From NCBI GenBank assembly GCA_016748015.1, contig JAAOMT010000128.1, positions 1,371,538 to 1,435,537 of the forward strand: a DNA stretch of 64,000 nucleotides, given 5' to 3'. The stretch is from Geosiphon pyriformis uo1. Lineage: Eukaryota > Fungi > Glomeromycota. Position numbers and translations under genes: made by a program. The notes under the pieces are model-generated. The model did not search any database, had not been told where the DNA came from, and was given only the letters and a program-made list of their open reading frames with translations. Below are positions 12,901 through 26,517 of the stretch, one piece after another. Within the stretch, counting starts at the first letter, position 1. Every line of letters starts with the position of its first letter.

Positions 12901-14528
12901 CTGCATGTTAAAAAGATCTTGTCAGAAAAAATCTTGGAAAAAATCTTATATGTAGTCTTAATTAAAGCAATAAAATAAGTATTCATAAGAATTCCATTCT
13001 ACTCATATGGTTTGAAAATTATTAAAACCCAAGCTTTTCTTCAAGAATTGGAGACCAATTCATAAGATAAACAAAAATTCAAAAGCATTAAGAGCATATT
13101 CAAAACTGATCTGTTATAATACTTTTAAAGCATATTTGAAATACCAGAAAGACCAGCAGCTTTACCATTGGGCAGATCAAAAATCACACTAAACATTTTA
13201 TTGAAAATAACCAGACACATTACATTTGAAAAAGCATTATCAAAAACATATTTCAATGGCTGATATTGTTGAGACTACTTATCAGAAATATTAGCAACCA
13301 CTTCACATTTTTTAATCCAACCCTTTATAATTTTGTCCATATTGGTTTTAACCAAATCAGATTACAAAATTAATTTGTTATTAATAACTAAATAATCTAA
13401 TACCACTTTGCAAAACAAATGTTTTAATACATTTTTGATAATATGACTCTTATTCACTTTAAAACTTTTTATCCTCTTATTAATTGTCAACTTAATCCGA
13501 AAGTTCTTAACACATTTTGATTTCAATATCTTAAAAGAGCAGTAAAATTTCTTAATTTTAGCCAAACCTGACCTAATAATATCAAAATGAAACCCTTCCA
13601 AAAAAAAAGTTTACCACAGAAGCATTAGCAATATCAAGCTTATTCTATATATCTAGCAATAACACAAATTTATTATAAGAAGCTAAACAAAAAATCTTAA
13701 CCAGCTTAAACACCAAAAGTTTTAATTTGTAAAAACAAGAAGATTTTTTTGTAAAAACACTATTATAACTTTTAAACCAAGATTTTGAAAACATCTTATT
13801 GGCTAAAAAACAGATGACTTTTTAAACATTTCATCCAGATCTGAAAAATAGAAACTTATTAGCAAATATGACTTTATTATCACAAATTAAAGCCCTAAAA
13901 AATTTCCACTTGGCATCATCTGTATTCTTAAAATTGAATTTTTATCTATTTTTATTGGCTTGAACATAAATGATTCTTAGAATCAGATCTAAAATATTCT
14001 TAAGACTAACTAAAAACTAAACAGTACTGTAATCAATATTAAAAAATTTATTCATGCATATAATTATCCTGTTTATTAGTGCATTAATTAAACTTTGGAA
14101 AACAAAAATGTAATCAATAGTTTTTTTAACATTCTTGAAATTCCTTCAAGTAAGAATCTTAGTACACAGATTGCCAACCAAAAAGTTAACTAAATCCAAA
14201 TCCACACATTTTCTGAAGCTAGTATTATGCTTAGTATTATTATCATTAAAGTTACCTTCCAATATAACAAAAATGCTTTTATTGTAAATCTTGGCTATGA
14301 AAAAATTAACAAGACCAGCTTGAATCAAGTGCCTATTCAAAGAGGTCTTAACATACAAACCCAACACAAAAACAGATTGTTTGTTTTTAAACAGCAAACA
14401 AACCACTAAAAGTCTGTCTGGAATTTCAAATATCTTAGAAATGTGTTTTGCCAAATGAATACTTATAATTGAAGCAACACCAGCATCCAAAAATCTAGAA
14501 TCTAAATCTGAAATAAATACTTTAACAC
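9925..14528 (-). mobile_element. LINE 3' part: ORF2 pseudogene (APE C-half, RT, RNase H, C-terminal zinc motif) plus 3' tail
   Basis: DAGVASIISIHLAKHISK and ILEGNFN (APE), LPNGKAAGLSGISN and AFVDNTIW (RT), VYIDKSL..WHKIMSYLGVLSNKYAD (RNase H). 3' tail at 9930-10050. Confidence 0.85.
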
Positions 14529-15396
14529 TATTACAAGTGATTATTTAGGGTCTTAAGTCAAATAACAAACCCGTAACCTGGTGCTCAATTGATGATGTTG
14601 GTGTTGGTAACATCTGTAGATTGTTTGTATCTGAAGATTTTGGTTAAGTCCTTTGTATAATGAATAGAAATGCAATAGTTGTTTATCTATAGCTTCCCAG
14701 AATCGCAATTCTGTTAATTTCTTTTTTCAGCTTGATGGCTGGCAATCCTCTGGTAAGTAATCTGTAATTTTTTACATGTTCTACCCACTTGTAGGGGTCT
14801 TTTACCAGGCAATCCTTAATGTTAGTAATTCAGTGCTTAATTCTTAATCAATTAGTAAACAAAACAAAGAAAAAAAAATAAAAAAAATAAAAAAAAATAA
14901 AGAAAATTAAGCCAAGACATTTATAAATTAGTATCCCATCAATAGTCATAATCAAGAGCTATTGTTCTAGTGTGGTTAAGTATCAATTGTTATCAATATG
15001 AAGTGTTGATAGTGGAGAGTAGATTGAAGATATAAAATAATTATTTATTGATATTTGTGATGTGGAAGGTTGCTTAGATTAAATCTAAACTGGGAGGTCT
15101 CTAACTAAAAGATTCTGCCTTTTTTTCTTTCTAATACTACTGCTATATATACATAATTGAGATTTCTCAATTCCTCAATTCCTCATACCAGAAATCCTGA
15201 AATTTCTGGAATCCTGCAATTCCTTTGAGAGGAATCCTGGAATTCTGAAATTCTGCAATTTCTTGTATAAGAATTCTGAAATTCCTGAAATCTTGCAATT
15301 TCTTTTAAGAGGAATCCTAAAATTCCACATTTACTACAGTTATTTCTAATTGGCTAATTTATGCTAATATATACTTTCTATATTCTATAAGTAACA
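14529..15396 (-). repeat. E1 3' LTR
   Basis: TGTTAC..TGTAA(T)A termini. Homologous to 24760-24973 plus 45024-45680. TATA-like TATATATAG near 15143-15151 and tandem GGAATTYC U3 repeats at 15160-15330. Confidence 0.9.
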
Positions 15397-15410
15397 TTAT
15401 TCCCTCTTTT

Positions 15411-16057
15411 TTAATATTGAGCTCTGTTAAAATCTCCCAAATCTTCTAACTCTAATTTTCTGTCTTTAAGTATTTTTTGAACTTTTTTTTCAAGAATTAC
15501 TTGAGTTATTTTGTTCTGTAATTTTTCAAATTGGGTGTTGGTTATTTTTCCTATTTGGTTAACTATAATGGAGTCTATTTCCAGATTAAGTAAAATTTCC
15601 AGTCTGTCTTGAAATCCAGCATGCAATCGATAAATGGCTTTTGTTTGTGTTGTTAGATTGTTCTTTCCCACAAATTGTTCCAGTTGTTGCAGTATTGTTG
15701 TGTCAAATAATCATTTTGTTTTATCCGTGTATAAGTTTTGAATATTCAAGTATTATCCCAAGTAAAAATAACAAAAGTTTCTTGGAAATTCATGTATCTA
15801 CCATTTCCACATTTTTTTGGTCAACTCTTGATATATGGTGATACTTGTTGGTTCTTCTATTGCTAATTTTATTTTCAGAATCATTTTGTCAATAGTGTTT
15901 TCTGTTTTTTTTTGACTTTTGTATTTGGGTATTTTTCTGGTATCTCGGTATCAAATGGTTTGTTGATTGATAGTAATTTTCATATTCTGTTGTTGAATTA
16001 GTTGGAAAAGTTGTCAGTAATTTCCATTTTTTTGAAGTCTTTTGTTGCATTTATCAT
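15411..16057 (-). pseudogene. E1 ORF3 (unknown protein in the env position)
   Basis: Homologous to E2 ORF3 (25858-26517). Both end DFNRAQY* immediately before the PPT. Confidence 0.75.
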
Positions 16058-16088
16058 GTCTTTATATACTTTTTTATTGTTCAATTTT

Positions 16089-19000
16089 ACATGTTTGGTC
16101 CAATAATTATGATTGGTTCCAGATCTCATGAAATCTCATCTGGTTGGACTAGTATTCTCTGTATTCTTAATTGTAAAATATTACTGGTAGATGGTAACAC
16201 TATATGATAATATGGTTTCAGTCAATTACCATGTGCTGCTTTGGCTAAAATTTTGTTGTTCTATTTTAGTTTATAAGCTCTATTTCCAAGAATTTCTTTT
16301 ATGTGAAATGGTCTGTTCTATTTGGGTCAAATTTTCTATTCTATTGTTTTTCCACTTTGGTATAATGTAAAAATACTTTGTCTCTAATTTTGAATTCAAC
16401 TGGTTTATCTGATAATTGGTTATTGTGTCTTTTTTTTTGTTTCTCTTGTGACTTTTGAATGTTATTAGCTGCTTTTTGCCATTTGTTTTCTAATATTTTT
16501 ATTAAATTATATGTTTTTCTCAACAATGTTTTTTGGAAATTCTCTTCTGTTATTGGTTCTGTTGGATATGTTTTGATTTTTATCTTAACTGGCACTGTTG
16601 CTGTTCTATCATATACTAGTTCAAATGGTGTTGCTTGTGTAGTGTCTTGCTTTATTGTTTGATAAACAAATAATACTGATAATATAAACAAATCTCATTT
16701 GTTTTGGTTTTTTTGGCTGATCTTGGCTATTGCTTTACACAATGTTCTGTTGAATCTTTCAACTAATCTATTTGTTTGCAGATAGTATGATGATGATAGT
16801 GGTCTTTTGATTCCAAATCTTTGGCTTAATTCTGCTAATGTTCTATTTACAAAATGAGTTTCTTGATCAGATAATAATTCTTTTGGACATCCATGTCAAC
16901 AGATCAAGTCTTGATGAACGAATTTGGCAACAGATTCTGCATTTGCTCTTTGAATGGCTTTTGCTTCTGGCCATTTTGTGAGATAGTCTATGGCTACTGC
17001 AATATATCTGTTGCCTCTGCTGGTAATTGCTAATGGTCTGACTAAGTCAATTCCAATGTGATCAAATGGTTGTCCCACTTTGATTAGTCTCAATGATTCA
17101 CTGGGTTTTGTTTCTCCTCTTTTCTGACAAGCATCACAATTTTGAAGATATTAGATGATGTCTGGATAAATTGATGGCCAATAGTATTTTTTTCTAGTTC
17201 TTTCCATGATTGCTTCTTTATAAAAATGTCCTGCTGTTAGATTTGCATGCATGTTGAACAATATTGTCTCTTTTTCTGGTTCTGTAATTACTCTGGTTGG
17301 TTGATCTGAATTCTTTCTGTTTTTTCAGTAAAGTATATTTTGGTAATTAATAAAATATTTTGATTGTTGTTTGATGTTGTTTTGTTCTTTTTGAGATAAT
17401 TTCTCCTTGAACAATTAAGTATTTATATAATGTTGGAGTTGTTGGTATTTTTTTATATTCATTTTTTGTTATATTTTTGGGTTACAATGTTTTTAGACTT
17501 GTTTTATTTATAACAATCTATCGGCATTTCCATTTTCTTTTCTTTTTTTGTAATAAACTGTATAATTAAATGGTAAAAGTTCTATTTTCCATCTGGCATG
17601 GCAATTGTCTCCAAATTCTTGCTTCTGAATTGAAGTCAATCTCTTGTGATCAGTGTACACATCAAACTTTTAACTTAAGTATTTCTTCCACTTGATGACA
17701 GCCCAATAGATAACTAAGTGTTCTAATGCTGGAGTTCTATAGTTTTTTTTGGCTGGGCTTAAACTTTTACTAATGTATGCTACTGGATGTTCTCATCCAT
17801 CTGGTTCTTTCTAAGATAATACTGCTTCCAATGCTTAACCAGATGCATCAATTGTAATTATGAATGGTTTGCTATAATCCAAATAGATTAATACTAGAGC
17901 TTGAATAAGCTTTCTTCTTAATATATCAAAAGCTTTTTGCTAAATTTCTGTCCATTCATATTTGGTGTTTTTTGTTTGGAGTTGGTGTAGTGGTTGAGCT
18001 ATTTTGAAAAAGTTCTTGATAAAGCAGCAATAGTATTTAGCAAATTCTAAGAATGCTCTTAGTTCTGTGAGATTATTTGGTACTAGAAAGTTCTTAACAA
18101 TCTTAATCTTGTCTGGATCTGTTTTGATTTCATCTTTGCTCACCACATGTCCCAAAAACTTGAGTTCAGTTTTTCCAAAAAAACATTTGGTTGTATTTAG
18201 TTTTAATCTGGCTCTTCTTAGTCTTTCAAACACTTGTTGGAGATGATGCAGATAATTATTAAATGTTTTTAAGAACACATTAGTGTCATCTAAGTATATG
18301 ACTACTGATTTCTATAGTAGCCTTATATAAACAATTTTCATAAGTCACTAGAAAGTGGCTGGAGCATTCATCAAGCCAAATGGCATTACTTCAAATTCAA
18401 AGTTTTCTTCTTAAGTTGTAAAAGCCATTTTTTTTTGTCTTCTGGTTTCATGGCTACTTGCCAGTAACCACTGTCTAAGTCTAACATTAAAAACCATTTT
18501 TTTTCTTCAAAAGCATTGAAAAGTTCTTGGATCTTTGGAGTTGGGTAGCTGTTTTCTTTTGTTACTCTATTTAGTTTCCAGTAATCCACACAAAAGTGGA
18601 TTTTTCCATTCTTCTTACAGACTAGTACTACTGATGATGACCATAAGCTTATTGATGGCTGAATTAGCCCATTGTCAAGCATCTAATTGATTTCTTGATG
18701 AATGATCTTATGGCTGGCTGGTGGTATTCTGTATGCTCTTTGTTTAATTGGCATTGCATCTCCAGTCTTAATCTGGTGCTGGATTATATTAGTTCTGCCA
18801 AATTCATTTTCACTGGCAAAGATGTCATTGAAATTGTTAAATAACATCTTGAGTTGCATCTGTTGAAGTGGGTCTAAGTTTTCCAAGTTCATCTGTTCCA
18901 ATTGTTCTGGTTGAAGCAGATAACATTCTTCTTGTCCATAGATTGTTTGTAATGTGATATCTACATATCCACACAGTTGTGGAAAATCTGGAATGGTGTC

Positions 19001-20969
19001 TGGCAGTTAATCTTTAATTTCAGTGATTAAATGTCCAATAATAGTTCCTTCTGGTATCTTGATGATATCTCCTGTGTTGTTGTGAATAAAAATTTTAATG
19101 TAACTGTAGTTCTTGGCTGGTATGTGTAAATTGACTAATCCTATTTTTTCTGATTCACAAAGTTTTGTTTCTGCCTCAAAAATCTGAATCTAATCCTTTA
19201 CTTTTCTTTCTATTCTGACCATGTACCTGTCATATGGTGGAATGGAGATTAGTTGACAGGTAGAAATAATTTTTTCCTTGTCAATAACCTTTTCTTCTGC
19301 CATATTAACTGGTATATCTATTCTATCCATTGATTTGAATCTCTATATTTTTCTAGCTGTAATTCCTAATTCTTCTCTGTTTTCTACTGATACTAATTGA
19401 GCTATTTTCACCAGAGGCAGGAATATTGCCTGTGCTATCTTTTCATTTGGCTCTATAATATAGGCTTTTTCAGAATCATTTTGTAGCATTGCAATAATAT
19501 TTCCTATATATCTTGTGTTAATTATTTCTCCTCTGATGTTGATTCTCCTTTTTGCTAAGCTATTCTTAAATGTTAATTGAACCATAGTTGTTGCTGAGAT
19601 TTTCAGTGCTATTTTGAGATCAATGCAAATGTGCAAATGGGGTTCTAATTTAATGGCATTTTTCTTTGAATATCTTAGATCAAACCCTGTATCAGTTTCA
19701 TGCACGCATTCTAGCATAATACTTTCATTATTATCACTAAACCATCTGAATTCCTGCTCTTTAAAAAGGTCAGGAAGTGCAATATATGTTTCAGGGTTTG
19801 AATCAGAGTTTGAATTACTATTAGTTTTGTTGCCATTTTGAGTAGAGCTGGAACTGTTGTTTTCATTGTCATTGTTATTGGAGTTTGAATCAGGATTGAA
19901 CAATGATTCCAATTCTGATCCACATCTGTTAATTGGTTCTTCTTCCTCTGGGATCATGTAGATTATGTGTGGTGGTGGATTGTAGATAAAGTCACATTCA
20001 TTACAATATTAGAAGTCACATGGAATTAAGCAGTGTTGACACAATTAAGTGTTCAGCTGCTCTAAGTGTTGCTCTTGCTCTTCTCTTGTGAGCACTAGTT
20101 CTTGGTAGTGTTCATGGAATTGTTTTGGATCTAGAAGATTTATGACTGGTTCTGGGTTCCAGTTAAGTTCTATGGGCTCTGATGAGTTGTTTTTGATTTC
20201 TCTAATTTCTTCAGGTAACGTTTCTTCTATTTTGGCTATTGCCATTCTCTATATCTCATTGTCATTGTGTGGACAACTGTCCAATTACTGTATGGCTCTT
20301 CTCCAAGTGGCTTTTATTGGTGTCCCTTTCCTAATTCAGTTGCTGATAAGAATCATGTATTGGTACAAAGTGTCGCACATTCCTTCTCAATCAGTATTAC
20401 TCATAAAAAAAAAATACAAGAAAATAGTAAGAAAAACAAATAGAGAAAATAGACCAATAAAAGAATAGTATTTAGCATGTGAGCACATTGCTCAGCAATG
20501 TGAAGCATTGTCAGAGAATTATGGCACATTGTTCAGCAATGAGCACATTGTCAGAAATTACAGGCACATTGCTTGAGAAATTATGGCATATTGCTCATAA
20601 ATATGCAGAATCTCATATAACATAAATTATATATATATAGTGAGAGTATTAAAAGCAAAAAAAGTAATTCCAGGAGAATTCAAGAATTTCTAAAGAATTC
20701 AATAGAGTTTTATTAATTTAGAACAATCTTTTTTTTTTCTCTATTTATTAACCCCCATTTTAAGGATAGTTGCTATCAACTAAAATAGAAATATATAAAT
20801 AAAATATCTCTTCAATTCTTCAAATCTATGTTATTGTCATTTGTTTGAAAATATAATTACTCTTCCATTTATCAACATTTCATGTTGATAAAATTTAACA
20901 CTTAACCACACTAGAACAATAGCTCTTGATCACAACTATTGACAGAATACTAATTTTTTTTTTTCTTTT

Positions 20970-21041
<72 letters not shown>

Positions 21042-24000
21042 ATTTACTACTAATTAAAAAGATTAAGCACTAAGTAATTGACATCAAGGATAGCCTGGTA
21101 AAAGACCCAGAAATAAGGGTAGAATTATATATATTAACAGATAGCTTACCAGAAGGACATAACTGCCAGATTAAACTGGCCACCACACTAAAAACAGAAA
21201 TTGGGAAAATGACTTAAGAAATCAACCAAAACCAACCATAGTAAATCTCTGTTCATTATACAAAGAACTCAACCAAAACTTTCAGATCAACAAAACTTTC
21301 AGATACCAACAACTTCAGATATTACCAATGCCAATTTATTAATTAAGCACCAAGTTATGGATTTGTTATTTGCTTTAAGACCCCAAATAATCATCTGTAA
21401 CACCAAGGATGTTATTCCACATTTCTTCATCAAGTAATATTTCTCTACAAGTTAGACAAGGTTTGTTGTCCCATTTTCCTTGTTATTTTGGTCATCCAAA
21501 GCATTTTATGACATACATACAGCAGTAAAATTTGGTCACTGTTGAGTATTCCTTATCATTGCCACAGCACATGCCTATTGATGACAATTTCTTGCTGTAA
21601 TCGATGCATATTAGCTTTGGTTAACAATAGTTGGACTGTGGTGATGTAATATAAGTGTATGGTCTATTAGTGGTATTGGTTGAGATTGTTTCTTCTTCTT
21701 TTGTCTTTCCTTTTTCTTTGGTATTTTCTTCCCATTCCCAAGTTTGTGGTAACTTTTGATAGTTATTGTTAGTCCATGAGGTTTGGTCAGTACTTCAAGT
21801 AAATTCTTCCTTTTGTTTTTCTTTTCTGTTATCGTCCCATAACAGTATTAGTGGCAGCTCATTGTGGTCTTCCTTGGTCCACAAAACTTGATACACTTCC
21901 CAAGTTGGTTTTGGCTTCTCTTCCTCAATATTAATTAAGGGTGCTGGCAGGATGTTACTGGGTTTGAAGTGGCCACATGTTGCTGGTATTTGTGTGTATT
22001 GGCCATTCTAATTTATTTACAACTCTTGGATGGTTCAGTCAAGCATCGTATTGGTTTTGAATAGCCAGTCATTACCAACTAGAGCTTGGTATTGGGTGGC
22101 TTTTATTACCAGAACTTTGATGGGAGTAATGATATTATTGATTTCAAATGACAAGTCATCAATCTTGACAATAGGCATTTTCATAATGCCATTGGTGGTA
22201 ATGATTCTGGCACTGACAGCTCAGTCAATTCAGTGACCTAATTGATTTATGAATTGCTTGGTAATAATGCTGCCTGCCAAACCACTATCAAGGATAAGTT
22301 TGATAGAGTGGCCATCAATCTTGGCATCAATATACATTACAGTAATGAGTTTTTCTTTTAAAGCAGCTCCACTAAATAATGGGGTGTTGATGGTTTCCTC
22401 TAATTCAAAAAAAAAATGGTGACAAGTGATTTGTTTTTAGTGACCATTGCTGGTGAAATGTTGCTGGTAAGTGGCTACTGTTAACTGGGTTTCAGATTGC
22501 TTGATGTGACATCTTCTGGAGTAACCAGAAAACTTAAATAGTATTGGAAATTCAGGTTTTGGGTGTGCCCAGTTCCCAAATTCTACTAATGAGATCCTGT
22601 TGATTGGGCTGATGAACTGGGAATCAGTTGGTAAACTACCATTACCAATCTCTAGCTTTGTTGTGTTATTCTCGGCCTGTGGATTCTGTTTTGAGGTATG
22701 GTTTGTGGCGGTGTTTAAATTTGTTGGGGTTAATAAATTACTGATGGCTGTAATTGATAGATTACTTGTAGCTGTGGCTGATAAATTGGAGTTTGATATA
22801 GTGGTGGTTAATAGATTGGCTGCTGCATTATTGGCAGATAAATGGGTTGATATTAATCTTGACTTGAATAGTAATTTGGCATTTGAACTCTAAAATTGGG
22901 ATTTCGATATTGATTTCCTAATTATGGGTTACTATAAGAATGACAGTTAGCTCTAATGTAACCTTGTTTACTACAGTTGTAGTAGACTTGTGTTTCTGGC
23001 TGCCATGGCTGATTGGAAGATAATGATGGATACAACTAATTTTGAAAACAATTTGCATTTTCTGAATTATTGCATTGTTGTGATGGTTGATAAATTGTGC
23101 AATTGTCAGCTAAGTATCCTTCTAATTTCTGATTAATTGAATCACTAAATTGTTTCAATTTGGAATTCAAGTCAGATGATCTATTCATTACTAGATTTAT
23201 AGCTTGGACATGGTTAGCTTTGAGTTCAGCTGCCTCAAAATCTCTGGCATTTGTAACTGCAGCTTGAAGATCTGCTGGGTGCATTGAACATATGCATTGG
23301 AGGATACTACTGTGCAGGCCTTTAATAAATTGATTTAGGATTTGTGACACTGTAAAATAATTAGCCTGTATAGTCTGAATTTGGTGCAGATTTCTGTGGA
23401 AGTGTCCTAAATAAATAGTGACTGCTTTATTTTTTTCTTATTTGATGATGGTAAAAGTGTTTGCCAATCAGTTGATGCTATTATTATTACTAAAATATTG
23501 TAGGAATGCAAGCTTGAATGTATTGAAGTCTTGGAGTTTGTTAACCAAGCTTTGGTACTATGAATTGGCAGTATCTTGAAGAAAATAAAGAATGACTTGC
23601 ATGGCTCTGGTATCATCCCATCTGTTGGCTGTGATGACTTTTTTTACATTGTTCAGCCATACTTGAGCATTGTTCTTTTTGCCAGTAAATTTTTCAAGTT
23701 TTACTATTGGAGCATAAGCCATTTAATTCAAGTTTATTTGTTGTGGTGGTTGAAATGGTAATTGAATTTAGGGTTGTGGTGGTGGTTGTTGTTGTGAAGC
23801 AATTGGTGGTGGGTTGATGATAATTACTGAAGGTAAGTATTGTTGATTATTAATGTCAAGATTTCAATGATTCCAATTTTGCTGAGTTTGAAAATTCGGA
23901 GTTTTGACTTCTGGATTTTCTAAATTTGGATTTTGCTAAGTCTGAAAGTTTGGGGTTTCAATGTCCAGATTTTCTGGAATTGGGTTCTGGTAAGTAAATT

Positions 24001-24697
24001 CTTGATCTTCTAATTCTTCTTTCTCTTCTTCCTGTTCTCCTTTTGATTCTGTTATTTCTCAAGGACTCATGATTCCAAAATCTGGTTGGGGTGGTGGGAA
24101 TTGAAGTCCTAATAGTATGGGCAATTGTGACTTAAATCCTTCAAAATATGTGCTGTATAGTTCTAGAAAATCTTTCTTTCTTTGTTTACTCTGAAATGAA
24201 AATCATCCAAATGTTGATGTCATAGTTAATGTGAACACACCTGTTAATGTAATGTTGATGGTGCTTCTGGGTGTATAGTGATATGATAAATTTGTTAGTA
24301 ATTCTATCCTTGTTTTCTTCCAAGTTGGTAGTTGTATTCCTTTAGGCATTACTGTTGGTGTTTATAATCTTCCTTTGCCTTTGTCTGCATAGATAATAGA
24401 GAATTGTTGTTGGGTGTATCTTTCAATGGTTTGGTTGATTTCCTTGATAATTGGCGCGAAGCTGTAGTTTCTTGGTAAGCTGGTGTGTTGAAATAATTCT
24501 GTATAGAAGTTTTCTCTTGCTGATTCAATATTAATTGTTCCTTTTAAGCAGTTTGTGATTTTATTATTGACATAGAAGTTGAAGGCTGATTCTGCTGGAA
24601 AGTAGTTATTGTTTAATCCTAATTGTTGACTATACTGTTGAAACAAAGATTTAGTGAATCTTAAATGGTTTGCTCCTATGTTTTCTGGTTCTGTCAC
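16089..24697 (-). pseudogene. E1 Gag-Pol polyprotein pseudogene (N-domain, capsid, CCHC, protease, Zn fingers, dUTPase, RT, RNase H, integrase)
   Basis: ILDSGLAG (PR), DTGFDL and EKIAQAIF (dUTPase), LDLDSGYWQV (RT), IGIDLVRPL..DYLTKWPEA (IN). Many premature stops. Confidence 0.9.
20395..21402 (+). mobile_element. Solo LTR inserted antisense into the E1 zinc-finger region
   Basis: T(A)TTACTCATA..CATCTGTAACA termini. Flanks TCAG and CCAA; the homologous E2 position reads CCAGG. R/U5 is shared with E1/E2 but the U3 repeats differ. Poly-T at 20972-21040. Confidence 0.85.
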
Positions 24698-25857
24698 TTT
24701 TGGAGGCTTGTTGTTGGTGCTGGTTCTTTGTAAAATTATATCTCACAAGGAGCATTAAATGTTACAAATGATTATTTGGGGTCTCAAGTCAAATAACAAA
24801 CTCATAATCTGGTGTTCAATTAATGATGTTGGTGTTGGTAATGTCTGTAAGTTGTTTGTATTTGAAGGTTTTGGTTGAGTCCTTTGTATAATGGACAGAA
24901 ATGCAATAGTTGTTTATCTGTAGCTTTTCAGAATCACAATTCTGTCAATTTTTTTCTTCAGCTTGATGGCCAGTATTACAAGTGACTATTTCTGGTGTTA
25001 GATTAAATAACAAACCCATAACTTGGTACTCAAATCTAGTTGCAGTTGATAGTGATCTGAAGGTTTGTGTCTGAAAGGTTTGTATCTGAAGGGTTTGGTT
25101 AAGTTCTTTGTATAATGAACAGAAATTCAATGGTAATAGTTTTATCCATAGCTTCCCAAAACCACAGTTTCGTTAATTTTTTTCTCAGCTTGATGACCAG
25201 TATTCCTCCTGGTAAGCTATCCTTAATCGAGTGTTCTACCTTTATTTCTGGGTCTTTTACCAGTCATGTTTATTCTGACGTCAGTACTCCGCATGTTAAT
25301 TCTCAATAGAGTTAGTAAATAACAATAAAATTAAAGCAAGAAATAAAAAAAAGAAAAGAAAATAAAGAAAAAAAAGAAATAAGCCAAGGCAATTTGCAAG
25401 TTAGTATTCCATCAATAGCTATAATCAAGAGCTATTGTTCTAGTGTGTTTAAGTATCAATTACTATCAACATGAAGTGTTAATAGTGACAGTAGGTTTGA
25501 GATAACAAACAGTTATTTATTTGTGGTTTGGAAAGTTGTTTAGATAAAATCTAAACTGAGAGGTCTCCTTTTTTAGCTTCTAATTCTATTGCTATATATA
25601 CATAATTAAGATTCCTTAATTCCTTAATTCTTTACAACAGGAATCCTGAAATTCCTGGAATTCTGCAATTTCTTTAAGAGGAATTCTGGAATTCTGGAAT
25701 CCTGTGATTCTTTGTAAGAATCCTGTAATTCCTGGAATCCTGCAATTCCTAAGAAAAATCCTGGAATTCCACATTTTACTATGTCTACTTTTGATTGACT
25801 GGTGACTATGCTAATATATATTCCCTATATTTTTATGAGTAACATTATTCCCTCCTT

Positions 25858-26517
25858 TTAATATTGAGCTCTGTTGAAATCTAACTCTGTTAATTCCTCT
25901 TCTTAAAGTATTTCTTGAATTTTATTTTTGAGAATTACTTGTGTTATTTGAGTCTGTAATTCTTCAAATTGAGCATTGGTGATCTTTTCTAATTGATTAC
26001 TGGTAACCATATTCATTGCTTTGTTGAGTAAGATTTCTGGTTGATCCTGAAATACTGTGTGTATTTGGTATATGGCTTGGGCCTGTGTGGATAAGTTGTT
26101 CTTTTCCACAAAATATTCTAATTGTTGTAGTATTCTTGTGTCAAATAATCACTTTGTTTTATCTGTATATAAATTCTGGATATTTACATGTTGTCCCAAA
26201 TAAAAATAACAATAGTTTTTTGGAAATTGTTGTATCCACCAATTCCAAGTTTTTTTAGTCAACTCTTGGTATAGTGACTCTTTTGTCGACTTTTTTATTG
26301 CTAATTTTACTTTCACAATGATTTTGTCAATGGTATTTTCTGTTTTCTTCTGTGTTCTATGTGGCAATGTCTTTCTAGTGTCTTGATATTAGATGGTTTG
26401 TTGATTAATTGTAATTTTCATCTCTTGGTGTTGAATTAATTGAAAGAGTTGTTGTGCTAGTGAGTAGATGTTGTCTGTAATTTCTATTTTTTTGATATTT
26501 CTTGTCACATCTACCAT
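25858..26517 (-). pseudogene. E2 ORF3 (about 220 aa, unknown function)
   Basis: One frame, MVDVTRNIKKIEITDNIYSLAQQLFQ...DFNRAQY*, with three internal nonsense codons. Includes ORF-track pieces 26149-26367 and 25903-26109. Confidence 0.8.

Noticed and set aside
15160-15330. Regular short palindromic repeats as a CRISPR-like array
   Set aside because: There are no unique spacers and the context is eukaryotic. They are LTR U3 tandem repeats.
20972-21040. Poly-T of about 69 nt as a retroposed tail
   Set aside because: It occupies the position of the T-rich tract found in all homologous LTRs. Slippage or a homopolymer assembly artefact is more likely.
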